From Solirubrobacterales bacterium (lineage in GTDB: Bacteria; Actinomycetota; Thermoleophilia; Solirubrobacterales; 70-9), in NCBI GenBank assembly GCA_044867925.1, contig JBIOVV010000008.1:57252-121251 (forward strand): a DNA stretch of 64,000 bases, in the 5' to 3' direction. The position numbers and the translations under genes were made by a program. Each line of letters opens with the position of its first letter. Position 1 is the first letter of the stretch. This document shows, piece after piece, positions 40,831-49,605 of this stretch. The notes under the pieces are model-generated. The model worked only from the letters and a program-made list of their open reading frames with translations. It was not told where the DNA came from and made no database searches.

Positions 40831-41721
40831 GTGACCGCGATGCCGCGTTTCAAGCCCAACCGACCGTCCGTCAAGCGGGGGAGCCATTACGTGTGGCCGC
40901 TGGTGGCAGTGTCGGCCTTGACGCTCTGCTTTGCCGGCGTTGGCGCGGCGGCCAAGCCCGGCTCGGCCGACTTGGCGATCACCAAGGGCGACAGCCCCGA
41001 TCCGGTCAACGTCGGGTCCTCCCTCACCTACACGGTGCAGGTGCAGAACCTCGGGCCCGACCCGGCGAGCGGCGTGACCATCACCGACCAGCTTCCGAAG
41101 GGCGTCGACTTCGTCTCCGCCACCGCCAGCTCAGGCCAGTGCACTCGCAGCGGCGCGAAAGTCACCTGTGCACTGGGCGGGCTGCGCGCCCCCACGGTCA
41201 ACTATGGCCCGCCGCCGACGGTGACTCTCACCGTGATCCCTCGCAGGGTCGGGACGATCACCAACAGGGCCTCGGTGAGGGGGGAGCAGAAGGACCCGGT
41301 GGGCGCCAACGACAAAGCCGTCGCGACGACCAGCGTCGTCGGCCCGGCACCGACCTGCCGCGGCGTAGCGGTGACGATCGCTGGGACCGCCGGCCGCGAC
41401 ACCATCGTCGGCACCGGGTCCCGCGACGTGATCGCCACCTTCGCCGGAGCCGACACCGTCTTCTCCCTCGGCGGCCGCGACCTGGTTTGTGCGGGGAGGG
41501 GCGGCGACTACGTCGGCGGTGGGACCGCCGCGGACCGCGTCTTCGGTGGGGCGGGCGGCGATCGCCTGCTCGGCCGTGGCGGCCCGGACGTCTTGAAGGG
41601 CGGCCCCGGTCGCGACTCCCTCAAGGGCAACCGCGGCGGCGATCGCCTGCGCGGCGGGCCCGGCTTCGACCGCTGTCGCGGCGGCGCCGGGTTGGACACG
41701 GCGCGGGGGTGCGAGCGGTAG
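40831..41721 (+). CDS. Secreted protein with a DUF11-type repeat and glycine-rich calcium-binding (RTX-like) repeats
   Basis: The signal/TM region is VWPLVAVSALTLCFAGVGAAA. DLAITKGDSPDPVNVGSSLTYTVQVQNLGPDPASGVTITDQLP is the DUF11 pattern. The C-terminal GG.G.D repeats are GRGGDYVGGGTAADRVFGGAGGDRLLGRGGPDVLKGGPGRD. Confidence 0.7.
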   Translation: MTAMPRFKPNRPSVKRGSHYVWPLVAVSALTLCFAGVGAAAKPGSADLAITKGDSPDPVNVGSSLTYTVQVQNLGPDPASGVTITDQLPKGVDFVSATASSGQCTRSGAKVTCALGGLRAPTVNYGPPPTVTLTVIPRRVGTITNRASVRGEQKDPVGANDKAVATTSVVGPAPTCRGVAVTIAGTAGRDTIVGTGSRDVIATFAGADTVFSLGGRDLVCAGRGGDYVGGGTAADRVFGGAGGDRLLGRGGPDVLKGGPGRDSLKGNRGGDRLRGGPGFDRCRGGAGLDTARGCER

Positions 41722-41733
41722 GCAAGGTCAGCG

Positions 41734-42609
41734 TCAGTCGCGGTCTTTCTCCCGGCGGGTCGGCCCGCCGGGATGGGTGATGCGTTCCGCCTGTTCGCGG
41801 ACTTCGGCCCCCGCCTCCCTGGTCGCGGCGACGGCCTCGTCGCTCACCGCCGCCAGTCCCTCGCTCGGCTTGCCGCCGACGATGTCGCGGAAGGCTTCCT
41901 TGAAGCGCTCGGTGCGGCGCTCCGGAGCGAAGCGGGCCTCCGCCTTGGCCTGCTTCTTCGGGCGCCGCTCGCCGTAGCGGTAGCGGGCCCAGGCCGAGTG
42001 CGGCTTGCCGATCCGGCCGGCGCCGTAGAAGGCGATCGGGGCGACGAAGATGCCGATCGTGCCGTGCAGGGCGCGTCCCTTGGCGAAGCAGATCGCCACG
42101 CAGCTGAAAGCGAAGACGGTGAGGACGATGCTGGTGATCAGCGCCTCGGTCGAGCTCGAGTCGATCGCCATCGGGCTGATCCCGAGCACGATCAGCAGCA
42201 TCAACGAGGCGGCGATCACGGTGGCGTCGATCGAGCTGCGGCCCTCTTTCTCCCAATAGACGTCCTCGAGGTGCACCCAGAGCGCGAACTCGTCGATCGT
42301 CAGGCCGATGCCGACGCCGAAGAGGAGCGCGCAGATCTCGGCGTAGGGAGTGCGGCCGTCGGCGACGAAGCCGAGCGTCCCGGCGGCCATCATCGTGACG
42401 ATCCCGAAGACGAGATGGTGGACGTGGACGCCGCTTTCGCTTTCGATGTTGCCCGGCCACCAGGAGATGCTTTCGCTGCGGATGATCCGCGTGCTCATGC
42501 GGATGAAGGCGAATGAGCCGAGAAAGCCGACGAGGACGAGGAAGACCGCCTGCTCGTGGTGGTCTTCGAGATTGCTCCAGAAGTCGGAGAGGATCGATGC
42601 GGTGACCAT
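41734..42609 (-). CDS. Integral membrane hypothetical protein
   Basis: 291 aa with about 6 TM helices and a charged C-terminal tail. No motif recognised. Confidence 0.65.
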   Translation of the reverse strand: MVTASILSDFWSNLEDHHEQAVFLVLVGFLGSFAFIRMSTRIIRSESISWWPGNIESESGVHVHHLVFGIVTMMAAGTLGFVADGRTPYAEICALLFGVGIGLTIDEFALWVHLEDVYWEKEGRSSIDATVIAASLMLLIVLGISPMAIDSSSTEALITSIVLTVFAFSCVAICFAKGRALHGTIGIFVAPIAFYGAGRIGKPHSAWARYRYGERRPKKQAKAEARFAPERRTERFKEAFRDIVGGKPSEGLAAVSDEAVAATREAGAEVREQAERITHPGGPTRREKDRD

Positions 42610-42632
42610 GCGAGGAGTCGAGTCTAAGCTGC

Positions 42633-43406
42633 GTGGCCATGGCCGAGCGAGGGCGGAAGCGGCAGATGGCGGTGCGCGCGGTCGTGCGGGGAAGGGTGCA
42701 GGGCATCGGCTTCCGCGAGGCGACGGTGCGCGATGCCCAGCGCCTGGGCGTGATGGGCTGGGTCCGCAACGAGGACGACGGCAGCGTGCGCGTCCATGCC
42801 GAGGGTCCCCAGCAGGCGGTCGAGGAGCTGGTGGGGTTCCTCGATGGCGGGCCGCCCGGCGCTCGGGTGACCGGTGTGGAGATCGAGAAGCTGAAGGTCG
42901 AAGGCCATGAGCAGTTCGCGATCCGCGGCGTCAGCGCCGGTGCGTTCGTCGTCCAGGAGCACGCCGCCACCGCGCATCACTTCGACCTTCGCCTCGAGGT
43001 CGACGGCGCGATGCGCTCGTGGGCCGTGCCCAAGGGCCCGGCGATGGACCCGGCGGTCAAACGGCTCGCGGTCGAGGTCGGGGACCACGCGATCTCGCAC
43101 AACGAGTTCGAGGGAGCGACCGATGGCGGCGGCGTGATCGTCTGGGACCGCGGGACCTACGAGCAGGGCGGCCGGGTGCCCTGGCCCGAGGCGCTGGAGC
43201 GGGGCCACGCCGTCTTCGTCCTGCACGGCGAGAAGCTCAGCGGCGGCTTCGCCCTGCAGCGCACCCGCGCCGGCGAGAAGCCCCGGTGGCTGCTGATCAA
43301 GCGGCGCGACGAGCAGGCGCGGCCGGGCTATGACGTGGTCGCCGAGCAGCCGCGGTCCGTGCTCAGCGAAAGCACCCTCGAGGAGCTCCTGAAAAATACA
43401 AAATAA
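42633..43406 (+). CDS. Fusion protein: N-terminal acylphosphatase plus C-terminal LigD-type 3'-phosphoesterase (PE) domain
   Basis: The acylphosphatase half reads VRGRVQGIGFR...GVMGWVRNEDDGSVRVHAEG. The PE half reads FVVQEHAATAHHFDLRLE, SWAVPKGP, KRLAVEVGDH, FEG, VWDRGTY, LHGEKLSGGFAL and WLLIKRRDE. Confidence 0.8.
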   Translation: MAMAERGRKRQMAVRAVVRGRVQGIGFREATVRDAQRLGVMGWVRNEDDGSVRVHAEGPQQAVEELVGFLDGGPPGARVTGVEIEKLKVEGHEQFAIRGVSAGAFVVQEHAATAHHFDLRLEVDGAMRSWAVPKGPAMDPAVKRLAVEVGDHAISHNEFEGATDGGGVIVWDRGTYEQGGRVPWPEALERGHAVFVLHGEKLSGGFALQRTRAGEKPRWLLIKRRDEQARPGYDVVAEQPRSVLSESTLEELLKNTK

Positions 43407-43435
43407 AATTCGATTGCTGCTATCAATAGCGAGCG

Positions 43436-44155
43436 GTGGCGGCGATCGAACTCGACCGGGTCTCAAAGACCTACGCCAGGGGGCCGGGCGTAGCCCCCGC
43501 CCTGTCCGGGCTCGATCTCACCGTCGAGCAAGGCGAGTCGCTCGCCCTGCTCGGTCCCAACGGCGCCGGCAAGTCGACGGTCGTGCGAATCCTGGCCACC
43601 CTCGCCCGGCCGGACTCGGGCAGTGCCGCGATTGCCGGGTTCGACGTCCTCGGCCAGGCGGCTCAGGTCAGGACCCGCATCGGCGTGGCCCTGCAGGAGG
43701 TCGGCCTCTATCCGGCGGGCCGGGTTCGTCAGGTCCTCCTGCACCACGCTCGGCTCTTCGGCCTCCGTCGCCGGGAGGCGGAGCGGCGCTGCGACGAGAT
43801 GATCGAGCTCACCGGTCTGGCCAAGGTCAGCGGCGAGCGCGTGAGTCGGCTCTCCGGTGGCACCAAGCGCAGGCTCGATCTCGCTCTCGCCCTGCTCCCC
43901 CGCCCACCCGTGCTCCTGCTCGACGAGCCGACGGGCAGCCTCGATCCCTTCTCGCGGCGCGAGCTCTGGCGCGAGCTGACCCGGCTGCGGGACGAGGGCA
44001 CCTGCATCCTCTTCGCCAGCCAGAACCTCGACGAGGCCGAGCAGCTGGCCGACCGCGTGGCTGTCCTGATCGACGGCGCCGTCTGGCGCGATGACATCCC
44101 GGCGACGGCGGTCCGTGAGGTCTGGGGGAGCGATGACATCGCTGTCGTTCCCTGA
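43436..44155 (+). CDS. ABC transporter ATP-binding protein (ABC-2 exporter type)
   Basis: GTG start. Walker A GPNGAGKST, signature LSGGTKRR, Walker B LLLDEPT. Confidence 0.88.
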   Translation: MAAIELDRVSKTYARGPGVAPALSGLDLTVEQGESLALLGPNGAGKSTVVRILATLARPDSGSAAIAGFDVLGQAAQVRTRIGVALQEVGLYPAGRVRQVLLHHARLFGLRRREAERRCDEMIELTGLAKVSGERVSRLSGGTKRRLDLALALLPRPPVLLLDEPTGSLDPFSRRELWRELTRLRDEGTCILFASQNLDEAEQLADRVAVLIDGAVWRDDIPATAVREVWGSDDIAVVP

Positions 44156-44960
44156 GGCCCGTCCGCTGCCGGCCCTGCCGGTGCGCCCGCCGTCCTGGCT
44201 CGTGCAGGTCGAACTGCTGACCCGTCGGGTGACGGTCGAATCGCTGCGCAGCCCGGTTCTGATCCTCAACCTGCTGCTGGCGCTGCTCTTCCTGGTCGTC
44301 TACGACGGCACCGTCGGCGGCGTGCCGCTGCTGGTCGAATTCGCCGGCGGCAACTACTACAACTTCATCCTCCCGGCGGCGATCCTCGCCGCCTCGGTGG
44401 GCGGCGGGGCGGCCGGCCTGCTGCTCGTCGCCGACATCCGCTCGGGCTACCTGAGTCGGCAGCTGACGATGCCGATCCGCCGCTCGGCGCTGGTCGCCAG
44501 CCTCGTCCTCGCCTCCGCCTTTCAGGTCGTCCTGCAGGCGACCATCGTGATCTCGTTCGGCATCGCCCTCGGGGCGGATCCGAAGACCGGCGCTCTCGGG
44601 ATCGCCTGCGTCCTCGCCCTCGCCTTCGTCTGGGGGCTCGGCTTTGCCGCCTACTCGGTCGCGGTCGCGATCCTGACGCGGGACATGCAGATGACCTCGG
44701 CGGCCAACCTGATCTTCATCCCGTTGATCTTTCTCTCGCCGCTCCTGGTTCCTTACGAGTACCTGAAGCCCTGGATGCAGACCGCGGCGGACCTCAACCC
44801 GGCGCGCTACGTCACCGAGGGGATGCGCTCGCTGCTGATCGAAGGCTGGGACGCCGGGACGGTGCTGGACGCGCTCGTCGCGAGCCTGGCGTTCGGCCTG
44901 CTGATGAGCGCCGTGGCGCTCGGCGTCATCCGCTCTCGCTCATTGGGAATCGACCGGTGA
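44133..44960 (+). CDS. ABC-2 type transporter permease
   Basis: I chose the ATG at 44133, which overlaps the ATPase end by 23 nt. About 6 TM segments. Confidence 0.75.
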   Translation: MTSLSFPEARPLPALPVRPPSWLVQVELLTRRVTVESLRSPVLILNLLLALLFLVVYDGTVGGVPLLVEFAGGNYYNFILPAAILAASVGGGAAGLLLVADIRSGYLSRQLTMPIRRSALVASLVLASAFQVVLQATIVISFGIALGADPKTGALGIACVLALAFVWGLGFAAYSVAVAILTRDMQMTSAANLIFIPLIFLSPLLVPYEYLKPWMQTAADLNPARYVTEGMRSLLIEGWDAGTVLDALVASLAFGLLMSAVALGVIRSRSLGIDR

Positions 44961-44978
44961 GCGGGGGAGGGCGCCGAG

Positions 44979-45779
44979 ATGGCTGAACTGCTCGACGCCC
45001 TCGGGTGGCGGCCGAGTCCCGGCGGTCGTATCCGCCTGATCGCGCTGATCGGGGCCTTGGCCGCGGCGCTCCTGGTCGCGGGACTGGCCGCGGCGGCCGC
45101 GACCTCGGTCTCGATCCTCCTCGTCCAGGCGGCGATCTGGGCGGCCTGGCTCGTCTGGCTCGGGGTGGTCTTCCCGCGCAACTCGCGTCGCGACGCAGAG
45201 ACGCCGTGCGAGTGGCCTTACCGGCGCGCCTTCGGGCGCGAAATCCTGCTCGGGATCTCCATCGCCTTCAGCCAGTTCCTGCGTCCGGCGGCGGCGGGGC
45301 TCGTATCGGGCGGCGGCTCGCTCGCGACGGGCGACGGGCTGGCGATCGGCGCCGCGCTTCTCCTCGCCGGCGGGACCGCCGTCGGCGTCGGCGTGTCCAC
45401 GCTCGGCGTGGCGCGGACGCTGTTCGTCCACGAGTACGTAACGGGGGGCCGGCAGGTGGTCGAAGCCGGCATCTACCGCTTCGTGCGGCATCCTCTCTTC
45501 CTCGGCGGCGCCCTGGTCTCGCTCGGCTTGGCGATCTGCACCGGCAACATGACCGCGATTGAGCTCGGGGCCCTCAACGCCTGCGTCCTGCCGATCTACG
45601 TTCGGCTCGAGGACCAGCGCTGCTGCGCCGTCCTGGGGCGCGAGTACGCCGACTACAGCGTCGCCGTCGGCAGCGTGGTGCCGCGGCGCCGTTCGGCGAT
45701 CAGGCCTGTGGCCCACTTGCACCAGGCCGCCGGCAGGATCGAGCCGATCGCCGGTCGCGCCGCCGTCACCAAGCGGTAG
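44979..45779 (+). CDS. Isoprenylcysteine carboxyl / phospholipid methyltransferase (ICMT/PEMT) family membrane protein
   Basis: GIYRFVRHPLFLGGALVSLGLA...EDQRCCAVLGREYADY is the characteristic C-terminal block. The last ~30 aa look like a non-conserved run-on. Confidence 0.75.
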   Translation: MAELLDALGWRPSPGGRIRLIALIGALAAALLVAGLAAAAATSVSILLVQAAIWAAWLVWLGVVFPRNSRRDAETPCEWPYRRAFGREILLGISIAFSQFLRPAAAGLVSGGGSLATGDGLAIGAALLLAGGTAVGVGVSTLGVARTLFVHEYVTGGRQVVEAGIYRFVRHPLFLGGALVSLGLAICTGNMTAIELGALNACVLPIYVRLEDQRCCAVLGREYADYSVAVGSVVPRRRSAIRPVAHLHQAAGRIEPIAGRAAVTKR

Positions 45780-46105
45780 CCGATCCTGGTCAGCGGCATC
45801 GCGATCGCCAGCAGGGCGGCAAGCGGACGCCCGGCGGGCAACTGGCGCAGCAATGCCGGCGCGCCCTCGGCGCCGGAGAGGATCTCTCCGTCGGCCGTCA
45901 TCAGGTGGGCGCTGTCGAGCCTTTCCGGCGCGGGGATCGGGGCCAGAAGCCGCTGACCCTCGTGGTCCTGGATCGCGATCGGATCGAGGCGACCGCTGCG
46001 GTCCCAGCGGAGGACCACGGCGACGCAGACCTTGCAGAAGCCGCACGCCCCGTCGTAGAGAACCTTCACCCCTCCCAGTCGAGCATCATCCGCAGTCGTC
46101 GTCAA
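45653..46105 (-). CDS. DCC1-like thiol-disulfide oxidoreductase (DUF393) family protein
   Basis: VLYDGACGFC (C-x-x-C) near the N-terminus. About 150 aa. Confidence 0.75.
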   Translation of the reverse strand: MTTTADDARLGGVKVLYDGACGFCKVCVAVVLRWDRSGRLDPIAIQDHEGQRLLAPIPAPERLDSAHLMTADGEILSGAEGAPALLRQLPAGRPLAALLAIAMPLTRIGYRLVTAARPAIGSILPAAWCKWATGLIAERRRGTTLPTATL

Positions 46106-46685
46106 GCGCGGCGGCGGCCCTTTCGCTCGCCCGTTCCGTCGCTTCGTCCGACGGGTCTTCCCCTTCCACGACGACGAGCAGGGACACCGTGCACAGGCCG
46201 GTCCTGAGCGAGATGACGTCGGTGTAGCCCTGCCGCTCGGAGTCGGTGACCAGGTACCGGACCCGGGTGCCCTCGTCGCCGAAGTCGAGGTCCTCGGGCT
46301 GCTGGACCGCGACCGAGGGCGAGGCGCCGAAGGAGGCGATCGCGTTGCCGATGCACTCGAGCCTCTCGTGCGCGTTCAGTCTCCTGTAGGCCGTCGCCGC
46401 CAGCGCGGGCGTCTTGAAGACGCCGATCGCCTCGTCGATCCGTGCGTTGCCGACGATGAACATCTTCGTGATCGCCGTGCGGCCGCCATCGCGTTCGAGG
46501 ACGGGGATGGGGCCGCACAGTTCCGGCGGAGGTTCGCCGACCGCCGAGCCCTCCGGCAGGTCCTCCATGCCGAGCAGCAGCCTCTCGGGGGCGCCTTCTG
46601 TCGCGACCGGGGAGCCGCCGCTCCCGCCGCAGCCGGCCACCGCCAGCAATGCGATGAGAAGCACCCAGAGTCGCGGCCTGGCCAT
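46086..46685 (-). CDS. Lipoprotein, function unknown
   Basis: Signal peptide with a lipobox: MARPRLWVLLIALLAVAGC. Confidence 0.65.
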   Translation of the reverse strand: MARPRLWVLLIALLAVAGCGGSGGSPVATEGAPERLLLGMEDLPEGSAVGEPPPELCGPIPVLERDGGRTAITKMFIVGNARIDEAIGVFKTPALAATAYRRLNAHERLECIGNAIASFGASPSVAVQQPEDLDFGDEGTRVRYLVTDSERQGYTDVISLRTGLCTVSLLVVVEGEDPSDEATERASERAAAALDDDCG

Positions 46686-46752
46686 CGACGCGGCAGTTTA
46701 GTCAACATATTTGGATCAAGAGAAAAGCGGCGCCGGTCACTACTTTGTCGGC

Positions 46753-47394
46753 ATGACTGCGACGATCGACGAGCTCACGGTCGCCGATGCGCCCGCGGCC
46801 TGGGAGGCGCTCGGGTTCGCGGTCGACGGCAGCACCTGCGTGGTCGGCGACGTGCGAGTCCGGCTGGCAGGGACGGAGGCCGGCCGGGGCCTGGCCGGCT
46901 GGTCGTTGCGCGGCGTCGAGACGACCGAGCTGGACGGGCTGGCGACCGAGCGCTCGGATCGCCGGCCGCCGCGCGAGGCGCCGCCGCACCCCAACGGCAT
47001 CACCGCCCTCGACCATGTGGTGGCGATCACGCCGGCGCTCGACCGGACCGTCGCGGCGCTGCGGGAGGCGGGTCTCGACCTGCGCCGCCTCCGGGAGGAG
47101 CCGACGCCCGCCGGAGCTCCTCGACAGGCGTTCTTCCGCCTTGGCGCCAACATCCTCGAGCTGGTGCAGGAGCCGCCCGAGGCGATCGAGCGTGCCGGCG
47201 GCGACCACCCCGCCTTCTTCTGGGGCCTCGCCTTCGTCGCCCCCGACCTCGATGCCACCGTCGCCGGCCTCGGCGGACGCGTCAGCGAGGTCCGCCCGGC
47301 GGTTCAGCCGGGCCGCCAGATCGCCACCCTGCGACGCTCTGCCGGGCTCTCGCTGCCGGTCGCGCTGATGACGCCGCCGGGCGCCGGCACGTAG
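46753..47394 (+). CDS. Glyoxalase-like / VOC family protein
   Basis: I chose the internal ATG at 46753. The blocks ALDHVVAITP.LD and FRLG..ILELV resemble the glyoxalase-like domain family. The call is moderate. Confidence 0.6.
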   Translation: MTATIDELTVADAPAAWEALGFAVDGSTCVVGDVRVRLAGTEAGRGLAGWSLRGVETTELDGLATERSDRRPPREAPPHPNGITALDHVVAITPALDRTVAALREAGLDLRRLREEPTPAGAPRQAFFRLGANILELVQEPPEAIERAGGDHPAFFWGLAFVAPDLDATVAGLGGRVSEVRPAVQPGRQIATLRRSAGLSLPVALMTPPGAGT

Positions 47395-47581
47395 CGACTT
47401 CGGCAGCGTGCTCGAGGTTGGCGAGCGCGGTGAGTCGGGTCATCGTGGACCAGATGGAAAACTGGAAAACCGACGGAGACATCCACTTGACATAAGGGCC
47501 TCTCATGAGACCGTTCCGCCAGAGGGACGCTCTTGCCTCAATGCGTCTCAAAGCCGTAACTAATAGTGAGAGGAAAATGAG

Positions 47582-48319
47582 ATGATTCGATCAAGGCTTG
47601 GATTCAAGGCGTTCGGCCTTTGTGTCCTCGTGCTCGGCCTGATGGCGTTTGTCACCGGTGTCGCCCGGGCGGAAACCGGCGCGAAATGGTTAGTCAGCGG
47701 TGCAGATGTGGGTTCCTTAGCGCCACAGCTCACAATCAGTGAAATCGAGGCCAAAAGCACAAGTCTCAGCTTCACGACAGCAGGTAACACAAACGTCTTA
47801 ATCTTATGCACGGGTGCAGCAATTGTTGAAGGCGGCAAATTGATCGCCGGCGGCGGGATCTCGTTAGGGCGAGTTAACTTCACCGGCTGCAAGGTATTGC
47901 TCAATCATGTGCTTGCGACCAAATGTGAAGCCCACAGCCCAGGCAAGCCCAACGGAGAAATTCTGACCGAACGAGGCAAAGGCTTAATCACATTAGACGT
48001 GGGCAATGACTTAGTGCTGATCACACCGGAGGATGCCTCGGGCGCAACGACTAAGTTGCTTGCGGTGATCGAGCTGGGTGAATTCTGTGCGATCGGCGAA
48101 GAAATTAAAGTGGAATGCCACAACCTAGGTGACGGTTTTTGGATAGCTGACGGGGGCGGCAACGCAGGCGCGTTAAACAGAAACGTTTCCTCGCATTTAA
48201 TTATTCAAGGATTAAGCACGCTTTTAGCCCTCGGTCAGCCCGCGAACATCCTCGGGTCTGCCGTTATCGGACTAAGCGGTGTACACGCCGGCCTATCTTG
48301 GTCAGGCGACTGGAGTTGA
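47582..48319 (+). CDS. Secreted Cys-containing hypothetical protein encoded on a low-GC islet
   Basis: Signal peptide MIRSRLGFKAFGLCVLVLGLMAFVTGVARA/ETG. Codon usage differs markedly from the rest of the window. It shares the FTGC...C.[SA]...EI.T motif string with the protein at 2423-3391. Confidence 0.7.
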   Translation: MIRSRLGFKAFGLCVLVLGLMAFVTGVARAETGAKWLVSGADVGSLAPQLTISEIEAKSTSLSFTTAGNTNVLILCTGAAIVEGGKLIAGGGISLGRVNFTGCKVLLNHVLATKCEAHSPGKPNGEILTERGKGLITLDVGNDLVLITPEDASGATTKLLAVIELGEFCAIGEEIKVECHNLGDGFWIADGGGNAGALNRNVSSHLIIQGLSTLLALGQPANILGSAVIGLSGVHAGLSWSGDWS

Positions 48320-48430
48320 TCAGATGAGGAGAACACCCAGCCCCGGGCGCGAGCGCGGTCGGGGCTGGGCAAAAGCGTCGGTGGCAGTAACGGTCGTTCC
48401 CGGATGCCAGATGCTCCAAGGGTCTTGCTT

Positions 48431-48458
48431 GCGCCGAGCGGTTCCCACCGCTCGGCGC
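48431..48458. terminator. Perfect 11-bp-stem hairpin immediately downstream of the minus-strand DUF2855 gene
   Basis: GCGCCGAGCGG-TTCCCA-CCGCTCGGCGC. It lies 3 nt from the stop at 48461-48463. A second hairpin, CCCAGCCCC...GGGGCTGGG, lies at 48336-48369 after the islet gene. Confidence 0.5.
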
Positions 48459-48460
48459 TG

Positions 48461-49528
48461 CTAGAGCGAGACCACGTGGGCGGTATTGGGGGCCACCCGG
48501 CCCTCGAGCACGTCGAGATAGGCGCTCTGGAGGCCGTCGAACCCCCGACCCCGGATCGTCTCGAGCCAGCCGGCGGTCCACTCGCAGAAGGGATGCCAGG
48601 CCTGGGCGACGCGCTGCTCGAGGCTGGCGGGGCCCCAGTCGGCTGAGCGCTTTTCGACCCGGGTCGGGGCGAAGAAGAAGGCCGGCGCCGGCCCGGGCAG
48701 GTCAGCCTGGCCGGCTCCGAGCTCCTCCCAGTGGGTGCCCCCCACGGCCATGCTGTGGGCGAGCTCGTCGCCGAAAAGCGAGTGGACGGCCTGTCGCACG
48801 CCGCCGTCGCCTGAGACGTCGACGTAGGTGGCGGGGCGGCGCTCGAGCGAGTCGATCTCGTCGTAGCTGACGGTGCGTCCGTAGATGCCCAGGCCCTCGA
48901 CGAACTCGCGGTTCCTCGCCGAGGTGAGGCCGATCAGCTCAACTCCTCCTCGGCGGGAAAGCATGAAGGCGGCGGCGATCGCCGTCTTGCTCGAGGCGCT
49001 CGAGATCACGATCGGGCCGGCCTCGGTGAGCCGCTCGTCGGCGAGCTGGTCATCGATCAGGAACGAGGTGAAGAAGAGCGGCCGCAGCAGCATCTGGATC
49101 TCCTCGGTGTCCTCTTCGTAGAAGGGGTCACCATCGCTCGCCAGGTAGCGATGGTAGGCCGAGGGCAGCGCCTCCCGGTGCGGGGATCCATCCGTGAACC
49201 CCCTCTCGTTGACGCTCTTCGGCACCAAGAGCAGATGCGAGGAGGGCGGCAGGTATCCGTAGACGCGTGCGCCGATTTCCACGCCCTCGGCCTCGCTGCG
49301 CTCGACCTCGGCGAATCCCCAGGTCGGGATTCGCCCCCAGCCGTCTTCGGCCGGGAAGAAATCCCAGTAGGACATCGCCTCTCCCATCACCCCGTAGGTG
49401 ACGTTGTTGGCGGTCATCCCGACGCTGTCGACCCGCAGCAGAGCCTCGCCGGGCTCGACCGTGGGTGGCTCCGAATCGGCGATTCGACACTGGCGCAGAT
49501 CGTCGCGCTTGACAAGGAAGTCGCTCAT
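48461..49528 (-). CDS. DUF2855 family (MDR-like) protein
   Basis: I chose the ATG at 49528, preceded by GGAG. Blocks ALLRVDSVGMTANNVTY, WGFAEV and VISSASSKTA match my recollection of DUF2855. Confidence 0.7.
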   Translation of the reverse strand: MSDFLVKRDDLRQCRIADSEPPTVEPGEALLRVDSVGMTANNVTYGVMGEAMSYWDFFPAEDGWGRIPTWGFAEVERSEAEGVEIGARVYGYLPPSSHLLLVPKSVNERGFTDGSPHREALPSAYHRYLASDGDPFYEEDTEEIQMLLRPLFFTSFLIDDQLADERLTEAGPIVISSASSKTAIAAAFMLSRRGGVELIGLTSARNREFVEGLGIYGRTVSYDEIDSLERRPATYVDVSGDGGVRQAVHSLFGDELAHSMAVGGTHWEELGAGQADLPGPAPAFFFAPTRVEKRSADWGPASLEQRVAQAWHPFCEWTAGWLETIRGRGFDGLQSAYLDVLEGRVAPNTAHVVSL

Positions 49529-49605
49529 CGGTCTCCATGCTCTCATGTGAGAGGGTGATCTCCGATGGCGATCGTTCTTACGTTGATTTGGGGCGGCGGT
49601 AGAGG

